The position numbers and the translations under genes were made by a program. A stretch of DNA of 63,954 nt, filler included, from Reclinomonas americana ATCC 50394 (Eukaryota): assembly GCA_048213135.1 (NCBI GenBank). It is 6 parts of 3 records of this genome, joined end to end, with 100 filler letters (N's around TTAATTAATTAA, not from the genome) between each part and the next. Parts side by side here need not be neighbours in the genome. Positions count along the whole stretch, not along the records: positions 1 to 16,780 come from PS015118.1; positions 16,881 to 26,652 come from PS015119.1; 4 more parts are not named here. The stretch is one strand, 5' to 3'. The first letter of the stretch is position 1, and each line of letters begins with the position of its first letter. The notes beneath the pieces were generated by a model. That model ran no database searches. It worked only from the letters and a program-made list of their open reading frames with translations, and was not told the origin of the DNA. Of this stretch, positions 11,015-23,395 are shown piece after piece.

Positions 11015-12340
11015 TCAATATCCCAGGTCGCCGATGCTGATACTGTGATCTAGATCTGCAATGTCGATCCCGCGGTCTCCATGCGCACCTGCTGCAGCTG
11101 GCCAGGGTCCGAGCTGAGCTCTAGGACTCGAATACGGCACCGCCGGCGCCGGCGCGACAGGCGCAAAGCCTGTAGCTAGGCCACGGGGGGCGATAGGAGT
11201 TGTACTTGCCGCTAAGCGGGCAATCAAAAGAGTTCCAACCAGGCTGAGGCCGCCGATACCAGTTCCAACACCGAGCCAGGCCTTCGCTGATGCATCAGTG
11301 ATGCCGCCCCACAAAGTGAGTGCAAGGCACACCACTCCAACCATGATAATGGCACGAAGGACCAGAACTCGCCATCCGCAACTCGCAGGAGAAGGTGTAA
11401 TACCTTTATCTGCAAGGCGCCGGTGGACGAGCTCCCCAGGGTGGTCCACCTCATGAACGATACCGGTGATGTAATCTTCAACACGACGTGACTGCCGCCA
11501 CTGTCCACAGCAACCACAGCTGCAACTTTTGCAGCAGCAGTCAACTGGAGCGTCAGCAGGAGGCCACGCATGTGGATCATTCGAATTTGTGTCATCGACC
11601 CACACTGTCGCGCCGTCAACCATCAGGAGCTTGAAATCTGCGTCAACGTTGTATTCCTCCTTGGCGGGAAGGTGACCATATTGGCGTGCAAAACGATCGC
11701 AGTCGCCTTGGAAAAACGTATAGCAGTCGTCGGAAGCCTGCTCGACGACCGTAATCGTTCGCCCTCGCCTCATGCGGTCGCCTCCGCAGCAAAACGAAGA
11801 GTGGCTACAGCCGCAGCACTCTGCACAGTCACATTCACGCTCTCGGTTCAAACAACAGCAGTGCTGATAATCGTCGACGTCCCTCTGAGCACGATGTCGA
11901 TCTACATCGCGATCGCGCACGCGTGCAGTGAGTGGGCAACAGCAGGTGCACAACATTGCGTTGACTGCACAGCAGTTGAAGTTGCAGCGGCCAGTCTTGT
12001 ATCCAGTGCCAGCGACTGCCTCATTCTCTGCCGCAGCTAACGGCTGTCGACAGGCATGCCATCCCTGTTGCGCACAACACGCACACCCACAGCATGCTGC
12101 GTAGCAGCACACCTGAGTACAGCAGGTGTACCGGCAACAACGGTACGGCAGTCGAGACCAACCCCACGGGCAGCACACAGCCTCGCGGCTGCAGCACAAG
12201 TGGTACTCAAATCGAGTCACACAGGCTGCATCGCGGCAGTCGCCATACGCGTCGTTATAACCAGCAGGCCAGCGTCTGCAGTCGCGAGTATCAGAACACG
12301 GGCCACACCAGTGACAGCCAATGCGTGACGGCAACGACAT
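11015..12340 (-). CDS. Intronless cysteine-rich protein with two C-terminal transmembrane helices
   Basis: Open frame from ATG 12340 (or GTG 12463) to TGA 11015. Many CC/CxxC clusters; hydrophobic segments VLVLRAIIMVGVVCLALTLWGG and AWLGVGTGIGGLSLVGTLLIA. Confidence 0.65.
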   Translation of the reverse strand: MSLPSRIGCHWCGPCSDTRDCRRWPAGYNDAYGDCRDAACVTRFEYHLCCSREAVCCPWGWSRLPYRCCRYTCCTQVCCYAACCGCACCAQQGWHACRQPLAAAENEAVAGTGYKTGRCNFNCCAVNAMLCTCCCPLTARVRDRDVDRHRAQRDVDDYQHCCCLNRERECDCAECCGCSHSSFCCGGDRMRRGRTITVVEQASDDCYTFFQGDCDRFARQYGHLPAKEEYNVDADFKLLMVDGATVWVDDTNSNDPHAWPPADAPVDCCCKSCSCGCCGQWRQSRRVEDYITGIVHEVDHPGELVHRRLADKGITPSPASCGWRVLVLRAIIMVGVVCLALTLWGGITDASAKAWLGVGTGIGGLSLVGTLLIARLAASTTPIAPRGLATGFAPVAPAPAVPYSSPRAQLGPWPAAAGAHGDRGIDIADLDHSISIGDLGY

Positions 12341-12489
12341 TCGGTCAAACTTGGGCCAATAACTCACGGATTTGGATCGGAGCTCCGGAGCTTGAGGATC
12401 CGGAAGAAGTTCGCACACGTTCGATTCGGTTGCTTTGCGGTGGCTCGCGCCAGCGCGGCTCACCTACATTATTGCAGTCGAATTTGACC

Positions 12490-15400
12490 ATGGGAGGATG
12501 TTGGGCCTCGCACGTCTACTTTGACAATTACCCAGATGTGACCACTGGGGAGTACGTCGCCAGCGGAGTGAAGGAAATGTACACGAAGGCTCGCTCCTGC
12601 AGCACTGCCAGTATGCTGTTGTGGCAACTTTCGCACAGAGAGAGGTTCAAGGTGGGTGGCACGCAGCGAGCGAACGTGCAGCGCACGCGGTTCGCGCAGC
12701 TGGGAAACCTGAACACGTGCACGCTCGCTGCCTTCCCCCTTCCCTTCACACACGCTGCGCTGCGCTGCGTGCTCACGCACAGAGCAAATATCGCATGCGA
12801 TATCATCGCCGCCGCGTTCACGTATGCACTTACATGTCAGCACGTGCACTCCTCACCAGCTCACTGCACATGTCGCATGTGTGATCGACACTCGTCGCGA
12901 CTGTGTTGCAGTTTACACAAGAAATGTCCATAGCAACACCAACTTTCCTGTCTCTGCTTTGCACGCACATGTCCTCGTTTCAACACTGCTGCTGACGTGC
13001 ATCTCCCCCCAGAGCACCACACGCGTGGCAGTCCGCGCAGCCCCGGATTATGACAGGAACCTCATTTTTATGGACATCACCTTGCGGCCGCGCGCAAACG
13101 AGCCCACAGGCGCTGACAGTAGAGGCGTCGACGATTCGGTGGTACAAGAACAAGAGGAGGAGAATGAGCACGTGCACATTCGCGTCGGCGGCAACTGCAT
13201 GTTTGACTCCTCGTCATTTTCTGCTTTCGGCTTTTTCCGCACCGACAAGGTGCAGAAGGCCGGGCGATTCCGTGCCTCGATCGAGCCGGCGCTCCTGCCT
13301 GGTGGCTTGGAACTCTTCATCCTGGTTCTGTACCCAGATGGTGGCATCCTTCCAGAGTACGTGACGGGTCCGGCGCCGACGCGCAGTTTCGAAATCACAT
13401 TCGAGATGGAAAGGCCAGATTCCGAAAGGCATTCGCGGTCGGAAGCTGCAGCCGGCACCAGCGTTCACGCCAGCGAGCTGGATTGGAGTGATCACGATGA
13501 CCTGCTAGGCAGAGGAGCCGACGCCGAAGATCTAGATCCAGTGTACGACCTGAGCACCCCGCGATCGAGATTCACCGCCGCCGCCGTCAGGTGTGTGGGG
13601 GACACACGCAACGCCCACCGTTCCACTTTGTTCACTGACTGTAGGCACGCGTGACGAGGTCCAGGGCGTCGGCAGTGGAGCACAGCGAGGGTTCATCCAG
13701 TGCCAGCTTGTCGGCTGCATTCAGTGCGAGCCTGCACAGGCTGCTCTTTGGAGTCACCCGTCGCATTGTTCGTCGCCTGCAGGAAGATCTCACTGCGTCG
13801 TTCATCGTTCATCTTCGTGATGTGGAGTGCGATGCCGAATTCTTCAGCGGCACGAACGCTGCAGATCTTTCGTGGAGGTTTGCTGCGCCCGTAACATTGC
13901 GTGCAGTGATCTCAGCAGTGATGGTGATATTGTTCTCAATTGGCAGGTTTGCCCGGTATTTGACAAGTCAGCGCCGAGTGATCCCTCGCGCTGGTCTCCT
14001 TCGGCAACTCTTCGGTGACCATGAAGCCGCGAATTCGATGGATCTTTGTGCCTGCTGCCAGGCGTTGCTTGCAGCGTCCTTCATGCCGACGAGTCGTGTG
14101 CCGGACGAAACCAATGTGCCGATACCAAATGAGCAGTACTGGTTACTTCCCAATGCTGACATGCGGGTTTGTCACTATTCTGTACCCACGCTTCTCTTGC
14201 GCTGAATTGGAACCGCGCAGCGAACCAAACTAACGTGTGCTCTTTCCTCACCAGGGAGCTGTCGAGTCGATCCAGTTCATTCACCGTCGGCTTTACCAGT
14301 CGCAAGGCGGTGACGAGGACTGGAAACTCTGGGCTAGAATGCAGCAACAGCTGCACTCTGCGCTACTGTTGTGTCTGCGCCATTTCCTCCAGTCGCGGCG
14401 GGATGTGGACATTGTTTCCCTACTTCGCCAGTACGCCGAGGAAACTGTAGAAGGTGCGCAACACGACTTGCAGTTGCCTCCATCTTCGTCTTTGCACTCA
14501 GCGACTACGATACCTGGCCATGTGCAGCGGCAACTCTGTGGCAGGCATTCGGGTTGTCAATCGGCGATGCTGATGAAATGCTCTCTGCTCTTGGCGCCGG
14601 TGGTCACAGCGAAGACGCTGGCCAAGACGCACGCACGGCCGTGGCCGTGGGAAGCGACTCGACGACAACGTGGATCGTTCTTCACAGTATCGCTCGCTAC
14701 CTGCCGCCTGATGATGCAAGTACGTGCTGCGCTCTGTTGCGTTCACCCAAGTGATGTGCAGCTGACCATGGCCACACGGCCGGGGAGTACAGGCACAATC
14801 TTGGCGAAATTCAACAGTGTCCAGTCTGCCGCAGCAGAACTAAACCGCTGGCCGCTTGATGCACCCGCTCAAGCTGCACGTGTCTCACATAAGGTGGACG
14901 TGTGTCTGATCTATGCCCTCCGCGGTCTCGACATCATCCGATTCGGCAGCCAACTGAGACACCAGGTTCTTCAACGAGATCGCGACGGCATTATTTTACT
15001 TCCGCGTCCACGACTTCTCGGCGCTGGCTTGGTCGGCTACGAGCTACTTCCACGACTTGACGCAAATATGCGGACATATCAGCGAGGCAAGTGCCTCGTT
15101 GCGAGTGTGGAGGCGAGTGATGCAACTGGGTTTGTTCAAGATACTGCAATCGTCCTCTCACTGATGACTTTCTTTGCAGTGGTGCGGGCAACCATCGTCA
15201 ACAATCGCAAGCTTGCCGTTGACCACGGGCACCGACTCTTCCAGTGCAGCAGCAGGAGCAGCCGCATCAGCTTCCGATGTTGTACTCCATTCCTCTGCGG
15301 CCGAGCGTTCGACATCCCCGTTTCCGCACGTGCGGTCGGGGAACACAATCTCCGTCGGCGGGGGCCGGTTTTCCTTCGTGACAACGGTCGTTTGCTGGCC

Positions 15401-15536
15401 GCAAGACCTGCAGCCACAGCCAGCTGCATTCAGTCTGTTGCTGAAGTTGCCTGGGGCGGAAGGAGAACCCCTCAAGATACGCTTCCGGGTTAAGCGGGAT
15501 CGGGCTCAGCTCCAGCCTGTCGACTATGACCAGTGA
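12490..15536 (+). CDS. Multi-exon orphan protein with an N-terminal MGGCW motif (possible myristoylation/palmitoylation)
   Basis: ORF pieces 12824, 13651, 14237, 14371 and 15174 join in frame through short introns (e.g. 14167-14253, 14431-14501, 14720-14792). No recognised domain. Linkage of the 5' exons is uncertain. Confidence 0.55.
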
Positions 15537-16158
15537 ATAACAAAATAGAGAATGAGATTTTACTGACACGCACGCGAACACGGCAAAGGGAAACACAACA
15601 CCACCGACAGCCAGCCAGCCGTCCGACCACCAGCGGAGGCTGACCAACAGCAGCAGCAGCCGGATGCACCTCCACACTGACACCCAACTTCAGAGCGTGC
15701 CCGAGAGCAACACCCATCAGATTGGAGCGAACAGCGCGGCGAGGAGCATTCGGATCAGTGGCCACTTGAAACCGAGTACCTGCACCAGGAGCAACCGCAG
15801 CAGCACCAGCCGGAGGAGCAACAGGAGACAGCAACACAGAGAAATGCCGCCGAGGTGTGGCAACTGGCAGCTGTTGGCGATTGACGTCTGTGACCTCGTT
15901 CGTCTGCCGGTACTTGGCCACCAAACCAGCAGTCGGCAACGGCGAGAAGTCGTCAACACGACCACCGGCCGCCTTCACCGAGCAGTGGAGCATGTGCTCC
16001 GCCACACGGCGAGTCAGCGGTCGGCGGTGTGTCAACAACTTCACCACCGAGTCGATCAGCAACAGAGAGGCCGCTCGCTCCACCACCGAGTACAGGCCGA
16101 GACCACTTTTCGACAGCGGAGTGTAGAGGAAGGGTGTGCTGGAGTTCGCGCGTTGGAG

Positions 16159-16255
16159 TCGGACTAGGCAATAGCGCCTAAGAGACTGAATAGCCTTCGA
16201 GCGCGGCTGGGCTGTTAGCGACAAGCCGAAACAGGTTCGGCACTATGCCGAGTTG
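16159..16255 (-). pseudogene. ~97-bp fragment resembling a bacterial AhpD/carboxymuconolactone-decarboxylase-family (peroxidase-related) gene
   Basis: Translates QLGIVPNLFRLVANSPAALEGY, then SLLGAIA after a 1-nt shift, matching the remembered family motif LGxVPNLFRxxAxSPAALEGYLxLxGAL. Absent from copy A. Confidence 0.7.
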
Positions 16256-16749
16256 GCCAAGGCAGAGTCGGATACTATCGCGGATCTTGCAGTCGATTGT
16301 GGCGAGCACGTCCGGCTGAAGCTCCACCGCCGACATGATAAACGCGGCCTTGGTGAGGACGAAGCGGCGAACGGCATCCACCTTCTGGAGCGGCAACAAC
16401 GACGATTGCTTGATGGCCTCGATCGGAGTGAAGAGCTGCTTCTCCAGCATCTTCGTCACTTGCTTCCTCGCCTCACTTGTGCGAGTCGGTGAGTAGAACG
16501 GGTAGCCAAGCCAACGATCGCACTCAGTGACAGATAACATGGATCGCAACGCAGTGCCAGCCATCAGCAGCTCGGGATCGAACTCCTCCACCACAAAGTT
16601 CTGCGCCTGCATCTGACCAGAGCCAGCACCAATGACTTCTGCGGGTTGTCGGCAATGCCAGACCACTCGGCCAAACGCTTGGACAGATCCAGCACCAGCT
16701 GCGCCTCACGATTGGAAGACACGACCACGTGACGATCATCGACAAAGGC

Positions 16750-17027
<278 letters not shown>

Positions 17028-18199
17028 TATTGGAATCACAGAAAGAGTAACCAACACGAAGGGCGCGGACGCCACGAATGAACAAAGACGCGCAAAATGG
17101 AGAGCTACGAGTGGCATGTGGGCGATGCGAGAAGTTAATGTGTGAGTGAGCGAGAGTGTGTGTGTGTGAGAGGGAGAGAGAGTGTGTGTGTGCGAGAGAG
17201 AAAGAGGGGAGAGAAGAATAAGTGAGGATGCAAGCGACACATGCAATCACGGCATCTCTTCATGGCATTCTCTCTCTCCTTGTGTGTCAGTGTGTGCGTG
17301 TGTGCAAGAGTTTGTGCAAGTATGTGCAAGTTAAGTGCAAGAGTGTTGATCGGTGTATTTGTGTGTGAGTGAGTGAGCGTGTGTGTGAGTATGTAGGTGT
17401 GCATGCGCGTGCAGCGCTCTCCAACCGCCAGTGACTCGGCAGAGGCGTATCAAACGCTCGGCGACGAGATGCTGATGTGGAGAGAGTTCTGCACACACCA
17501 ACCTCGCCCACAGCCTTGATGATCTGGAACTGCTCCGGCCCGTAAAAAAAGCTGCCAAGGGCACAAGTGGTGTGGTCTCGGCGTCTGCACATCGTCGTTG
17601 TATGAAAAATGTGGACGTCGACTTCGACGACGGACGATCTAAGGGATGCCGCTGTAATCCAGCTCACCGCGGCCATACCCTTCCTTTCTGGGTCGACTGT
17701 AGTAACACGCACCTGTTGGACAAAAAGACTGCACCCCGCAGCGACACCCCAAGTCCCGTCCCATTCATGCCCCAAACCGACAGTCAAGTGAGTTGTCTCG
17801 CGCGTTAACCAAGGCGTCTCTGCCACGCCTCGCGCACTTAACGGTGTCTTTCGACACCAACCGACAACGCTTTGACGTGGCCACACAACACAAACAAACA
17901 ACAAACAGGAAATATGACTGACACAATCATGGTGTGTAGAGCTGATCACTGCGATCCTCGCGCTCCTCTCTCTCTCTCTCCCTCTTCTCTTTCTCTTTCC
18001 TTCTCTCTCTCTCTCTCTTTCTCTCTCTCTTAGGCATGGGAGTTGTCATTACATTTCCCGCCCTCACAGATTGATCACACGTGCAAACCGACGTGATCAT
18101 CATCATCTTCATCATCATCGCCTTTCTCTCTCTCTCTCTCTGTGTGTGTGTCTCTTCGACCCGTCACTAATGCTCATGCTGGCTCCTCTGTGCACTATC

Positions 18200-21100
18200 A
18201 GTTGGACTCTCTCAAGAAGGACCTCATGCCACTGAGCCCCTCCTCCCCCTCATCCTCCTCCTCGTCGTCGTCGTCATCGTCGTCGTCCTCGCCTGCCGAC
18301 TTCATACGCACTGCGGACCACACCACGCTCTCCATCGGTGGGCATGATTTCTGCCACATACGCAACACAGCTGCTTCCTCTGTGCATTGACGCTGCCGCT
18401 GCTGCTGCGCAGGCAACACGCGATTCGAACTGCTGTTTCACCAGTTGCTGAGTGTGCCGCCGGCGGCCGCTGGCGAAACTGCCGCGCTGATGACTGCCTT
18501 TCTGCGCGGTTTGTGCTTCTACGCACCCTGGCTGCATACCGCGGGAGGCTCACTTCTGCTGTCTGCAGAGCACGGAAGTACAGTGATCCAGCTGACTGCC
18601 GATGGTGTGGAGGCACTGGTTCATGCCGTCAGCGTTGCCGTGGAGCAGCACTTTCCACAGGTGACCGGCGATCGCGCACGTGTGTATATGTCGCAGTGTG
18701 TCTCACACACTCTCCGTCGACGTTGTGTAGATGAGCTCCGCAGGATGCATGGCCGATGCGCCGCTGTCGCCGCTGGACGGCTCGCCTCTGCTGTCGCTGC
18801 TCGATCTGGTGCAGGCCGCGTGCTACCAGCCGGCCGAGCATGTGCCCAACAGTAACAAACTCGCGTTGAGTCGTGCCGGCTTGGTGCCGTCGTTGCGCTC
18901 GGTCCTCATGCAGCTCGGCGCTTCCGGCACGGTCGAAGAGCGCTGCTCGGTGTACCGGGCACTCACGAGTGCCACCATGTACGATGGTACGTGTGTGCGT
19001 CGACGGAGGCCACCCTCACGCGGTCGTGTACTCACGATGTTTGCCTTCTTGGACGAGCGCAGAATCGGTCACCGACAACATTGCCGACACGCCGTGCGTG
19101 AAGGTATTGCTTCCCTTTCCTGTCGTCTACGATATCCCTCATGCACCAAGTTAACCAGTGTCCTCACACAGCTCGTGTACGACGATGTTGTGGCTTGGTC
19201 CGACACGGGCGATGTGGCCTCGCTGGCCCTGCCCCTCACCTGCCTCTTTGTCCAGCTTCGCGGAGGTTGATGATGTGCCTTTTTCATTCTCTCTTGTGTG
19301 TTCCCCTCATTTACTTTGTTTGGTGTTGCCGACAGCCAAGTGCGACCGAGTCGCCGTGGGCGAGTGGGGTGCTGCCGAACTGTGTGCGACACTCCTAACC
19401 AAGTTCCACTCGTGTGCGGCCATTGTCACGCTGGCCGCCGGTGTCATGCAGCGCCTGGTGTTGGACCTGCACAACGTGGCTCTCGTGCAGCACGCCAGCG
19501 GTGTGGAGAATCTTCTCAGTGCCTGGCAGACGCATCGACAGGAAGAGGCCGTGGTGAGGCGTGTAACTGCGGCACTGACCAATATTTTCTCGAAGACCAG
19601 TTGCGCACACAGTATCATGTCGCACGCACACTGCAGTCTCACCATCGATGCAGGATCCGTGGCCGAGCCGACACGCACCGAGCTGTGCAATGTGGTCCTT
19701 GGAGTACTGCAGTCGTGCACCGCACAGACATCCTCCGACGTTGTCAACAACGTCTGCTCTCTCATTGGCAATCTGTGCATGGACGGTGCGTGCTTGCTGC
19801 TGGCCGTGGATGCTGTCACCTTTCGCATCTCTGATATGCTTTTTTTACTATTTGCAGGTGACGCATTGTCCATCATGGCTGCCACTGGTGTGGTGCAGGC
19901 AGTGGTGGAAGCCTGTCGACAGCGCATGCACAAGACGAGTGATGTGTTGCGCCTCATCACGACTCTCGGTCACTTGTGCGCCAAAGGTTTCGTCGAGAGC
20001 TCCTCTTTCTTAAACTGGGTGCGATGAGGATGCCGACGTTCATCGCCATCATATTCTCAGAGTCTGTCAAGTTGCTTGCGTACCAGGCCGGCTGTGTGCA
20101 GCTCTTGGCCGACCTGTTGCGTCGTTGCCTGACCGATTGCGACATGTGCCAGCGCGTGGTGTGCGTCCTCGGAAACTTGTCGTATACGAACGGTGCTTGA
20201 CAGTGTCTTGCCTCTGTGTGTGTGAGAGAGAGAGACAAGAAAGATGCAAGCGTCAGCAGTTGTTTGCTCTTCTGTCTCTCTTTCTCTCTTACTCTCGGAA
20301 ACCTGTCGTATACGAACGGTGCTTGACAGTGTCATGCTTATGAGAGAGAGAGGGAGAGAGAGAGATGCAAACGTCAGCATTTGTGTGCTCTTCTGTCTCT
20401 CTTTCTCTCTCACTCTCGGAAACCTGTCGTATACGAACGGTGCTTGCCTCTGTGTGTGTGAGAGAGAGAGACAAGAGAGATGCAAACGTCAGCGCTTGTG
20501 TGCTCTTCTGTCTCTCTTTCTCTCTCACTCTCGGAAACATGTCGTATACGAACGGTGCTTGACAGTGTCTTGCTTATGAGAGAGAGAGACAAGAGAGATG
20601 CAAACGTCAGCACTTGTGTGCTCTTCTGTCTCTCTTTCTCTCTCATTCTTGGAAACCTGTCGTATACGAACGGTGCTTGACAGTGTCTTGCCTCTGTGTG
20701 TGTGAGAGAGAGAGAGAGAGACAAGATATATGCAAGCGTCAGCAGTTGTGTGCTTTTCTGTCTCTCTTTCTCTCATTCTCGGAAACCTGTCGTATACCAA
20801 TGGNNNNNNNNNNNNNNNNNNNNNNNNNNNNNNNNNNNNNNNNNNNNNNNNNNNNNNNNNNNNNNNNNNNNNNNNNNNNNNNNNNNNNNNNNNNNNNNNN
20901 NNNNNNNNNNNNNNNNNNNNNNNNNNNNNNNNNNNNNNNNNNNNNNNNNNNNNNNNNNNNNNNNNNNNNNNNNNNNNNNNNNNNNNNNNNNNNNNNNNNN
21001 NNNNNNNNNNNNNNNNNNNNNNNNNNNNNNNNNNNNNNNNNNNNNNNNNNNNNNNNNNNNNNNNNNNNNNNNNNNNNNNNNNNNNNNNNNNNNNNNNNNN

Positions 21101-23089
21101 NNNNNNNNNNNNNNNNNNNNNNNNNNNNNNNNNNNNNNNNNNNNNNNNNNNNNNNNNNNNNNNNNNNNNNNNNNNNNNNNNNNNNNNNNNNNNNNNNNNN
21201 NNNNNNNNNNNNNNNNNNNNNNNNNNNNNNNNNNNNNNNNNNNNGTAGTAGAGAGAGAGAGAGGAGAGAGAGAGAGAGATGCGTCAGCAATTGTGTGCTC
21301 TTCCGTCTCTCCTTCTCGGAAACTTGTCGTATACGAACAGTGCTTGACAGTGTCTTGCTTATGAGAGAGAGAGATGCGTCAGCATTTGTGTGCTCTTCTG
21401 TCTCTCTCTCTCTCTCATTCCCTCTCCTTCCCTCTCTATCTCGCTGTGTGGGTGTCTCTTGTGACCCTTCACCATGCAGACGAGGTACGACTCGCGATTG
21501 TCACCAGCGGCGCTATGGCCCTCATGGTCGAGGTTCGCAAGCGTACGACAGACTTGTTGAGTGGAAGATTATTGTGCTAAATACACTTGTGTGTCTTCGG
21601 CAGAGTGCCCGCCTGCATGTCGACGACGAGGTGCTGGCGAGCAATACCCTTCGTGCACTCGGCAATCTGGCTCTCGTGGGTCTGTCTTCCTGCCCACTAT
21701 CTCCCTCGAGTGCGTGAGCACCCAACTGACAACGTTTGTGCTTCGCAGAATCACTGGTTCGCGTTTTTGTAGCCCTCGGTGTCGTCACGCTGTGCTGCGA
21801 TCTGCAAGAGCGACACGGAAGCAGCGCACGAGTGTGCGAGTTTTTCGCCCTCATTTGTTGCGTGCTTCGCGCACCCGTTGCTCCATGCCATGCCCGCCTG
21901 TTTCACTCACTGCACGGTTGGTTGCTCGCAGGCACCAATCTGTTTTACACTGGTGTGTTGACCGCCACTGGCGCGACCGTGGTGACGCAGCGACTGACCA
22001 CCATGTGCAGGTCACTACAGTCGAGAGCTGTGCGGAGCACTGGTGGGTCGTCTGTCGTCGGCTCTGGCTCGTCACGAAAATGAGCGATCCATGGTCACCC
22101 GCACGCTGATGAGTCTGGCCAATGTCTGCAACGGAGGGTGCGTCGATGATGACTTCTAAGGCGATCCCGCCAAAAGCTCATCTCTTTAATCGCAGCGACG
22201 GAGTACGCCTGCAAGTGGAGCAAACTGGTGTTTTTGCGTGCATGCAACGACTGGTGGAGTTGCACGCCGGCAGTCATCAGTGCACACGACAGGCGGTGCG
22301 TGATGAAGTGCAGTTGTTGAAATGCATTCGCCCTCACTCCACGAAATATACAACAACGCAGGTCCGCTTCGTGCATGCGTGGGCCAATGATGGTGAGTGA
22401 CGCACAGTACTGTTTGTCGGCAGAGATATACTCACTGAGGTTCATGCAGCTGCCCGTCGCTCTGTCATTGTTCAACGCGGCATCATTCCTCCGCTGCTCA
22501 GCGCCATTCAGCAACACACCGATGAACCGGCTCTGCTGAAGGCAGCACTCACGTTTTTGGTGGCCTTTGCAGACAATGGTTGCGGTGGTGGTTGTTGTGA
22601 ATCAATCAATGTCTGTGTTTCTCATCGCCAGTTCCACCAGAGAGTCGCGCCACGCTGCTGGACGAGCACGGCGCTGTGGATATGTGCCTGTCCGTGGTCG
22701 AGGACACAACAAGAGCCGCCGGTGCATCCGGCCTCACCGTTGCGCCTGCGCTCTTCATGCACACTTTATATGCACAGTTGTCTGACTTGGCTTCGCAGGC
22801 CGAGCAATTGTCGACCCTGGAAAATCGACTGTCGATGGCCGTCAAGTTCCTGCACACGTCGGCCTGCGTCTCTGGTGCGGTCCCCTCTGTCTCACAGTCC
22901 TTGTGCCCTACACTCGCCTCACAATACCGGCAGGTGCCGCCAAATGCCGCATGGTCGACGCCAATGCCGGCGACGTTCTGCACGTGGCCGCCGAGACATG
23001 CACTCGCCCGTGGCCGCACATCGCACAGCAGGCTCACCAACTCGCCGACCTCCTTCACAGGCACCATCACCAGCAGTGAAAAACGATGA
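18200..23089 (+). CDS. Armadillo (ARM)-repeat protein, many exons; start uncertain
   Basis: Spliced ARM-like repeats, e.g. AGCVQLLADLLRRCLTDCDMCQRVVCVLGNLSYTND|EVRLAIVTSGAMALMVE|SARLHVDDEVLASNTLRALGNLAL; stop TGA at 23087-23089. Confidence 0.8.
20168..21420 (+). repeat. Intronic tandem repeat of ~115-130 bp derived from an exon/intron junction
   Basis: Core ctcggaaacctgtcgtatacgaacggtgcttg at ~20168, 20294, 20415, 20530, 20648, 20778 and 21315, with a 441-N gap inside the array. Confidence 0.9.
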
Positions 23090-23204
23090 AAAGCAGAGTG
23101 TCAAAGATGTGTCCTGCATGTTTCTTGTTTTCTCAAACAATGGATCGGTGGCGCAAGTCGGCATGTCTCGAAGGCCTTCGGTGTGTGGCACTGTGTGTGT
23201 GTGT

Positions 23205-23237
<33 letters not shown>

Positions 23238-23395
23238 ACGCGCGCATCCTCATTCCTGAGCAGAGCCAATCGACGAGCTTCTCGCGTGGTCGCTGCACCC
23301 GCACAAACTGCGCATCACTCAGCGACGTGCTTCCATGTGCATCCAGTGCGTTGTGCGGGAATCGAGGAGTGCCATCATGCATGCACAAAGAGAGA

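Noticed and set aside
17400-17900. Possible exons between copy B and the ARM gene
   Set aside because: No consistent spliced frame or recognisable motif could be built.
20168-21420. CRISPR-like array
   Set aside because: The intervening sequences are homologous rather than unique spacers, the repeat derives from the host exon end, and the context is eukaryotic with no cas genes.
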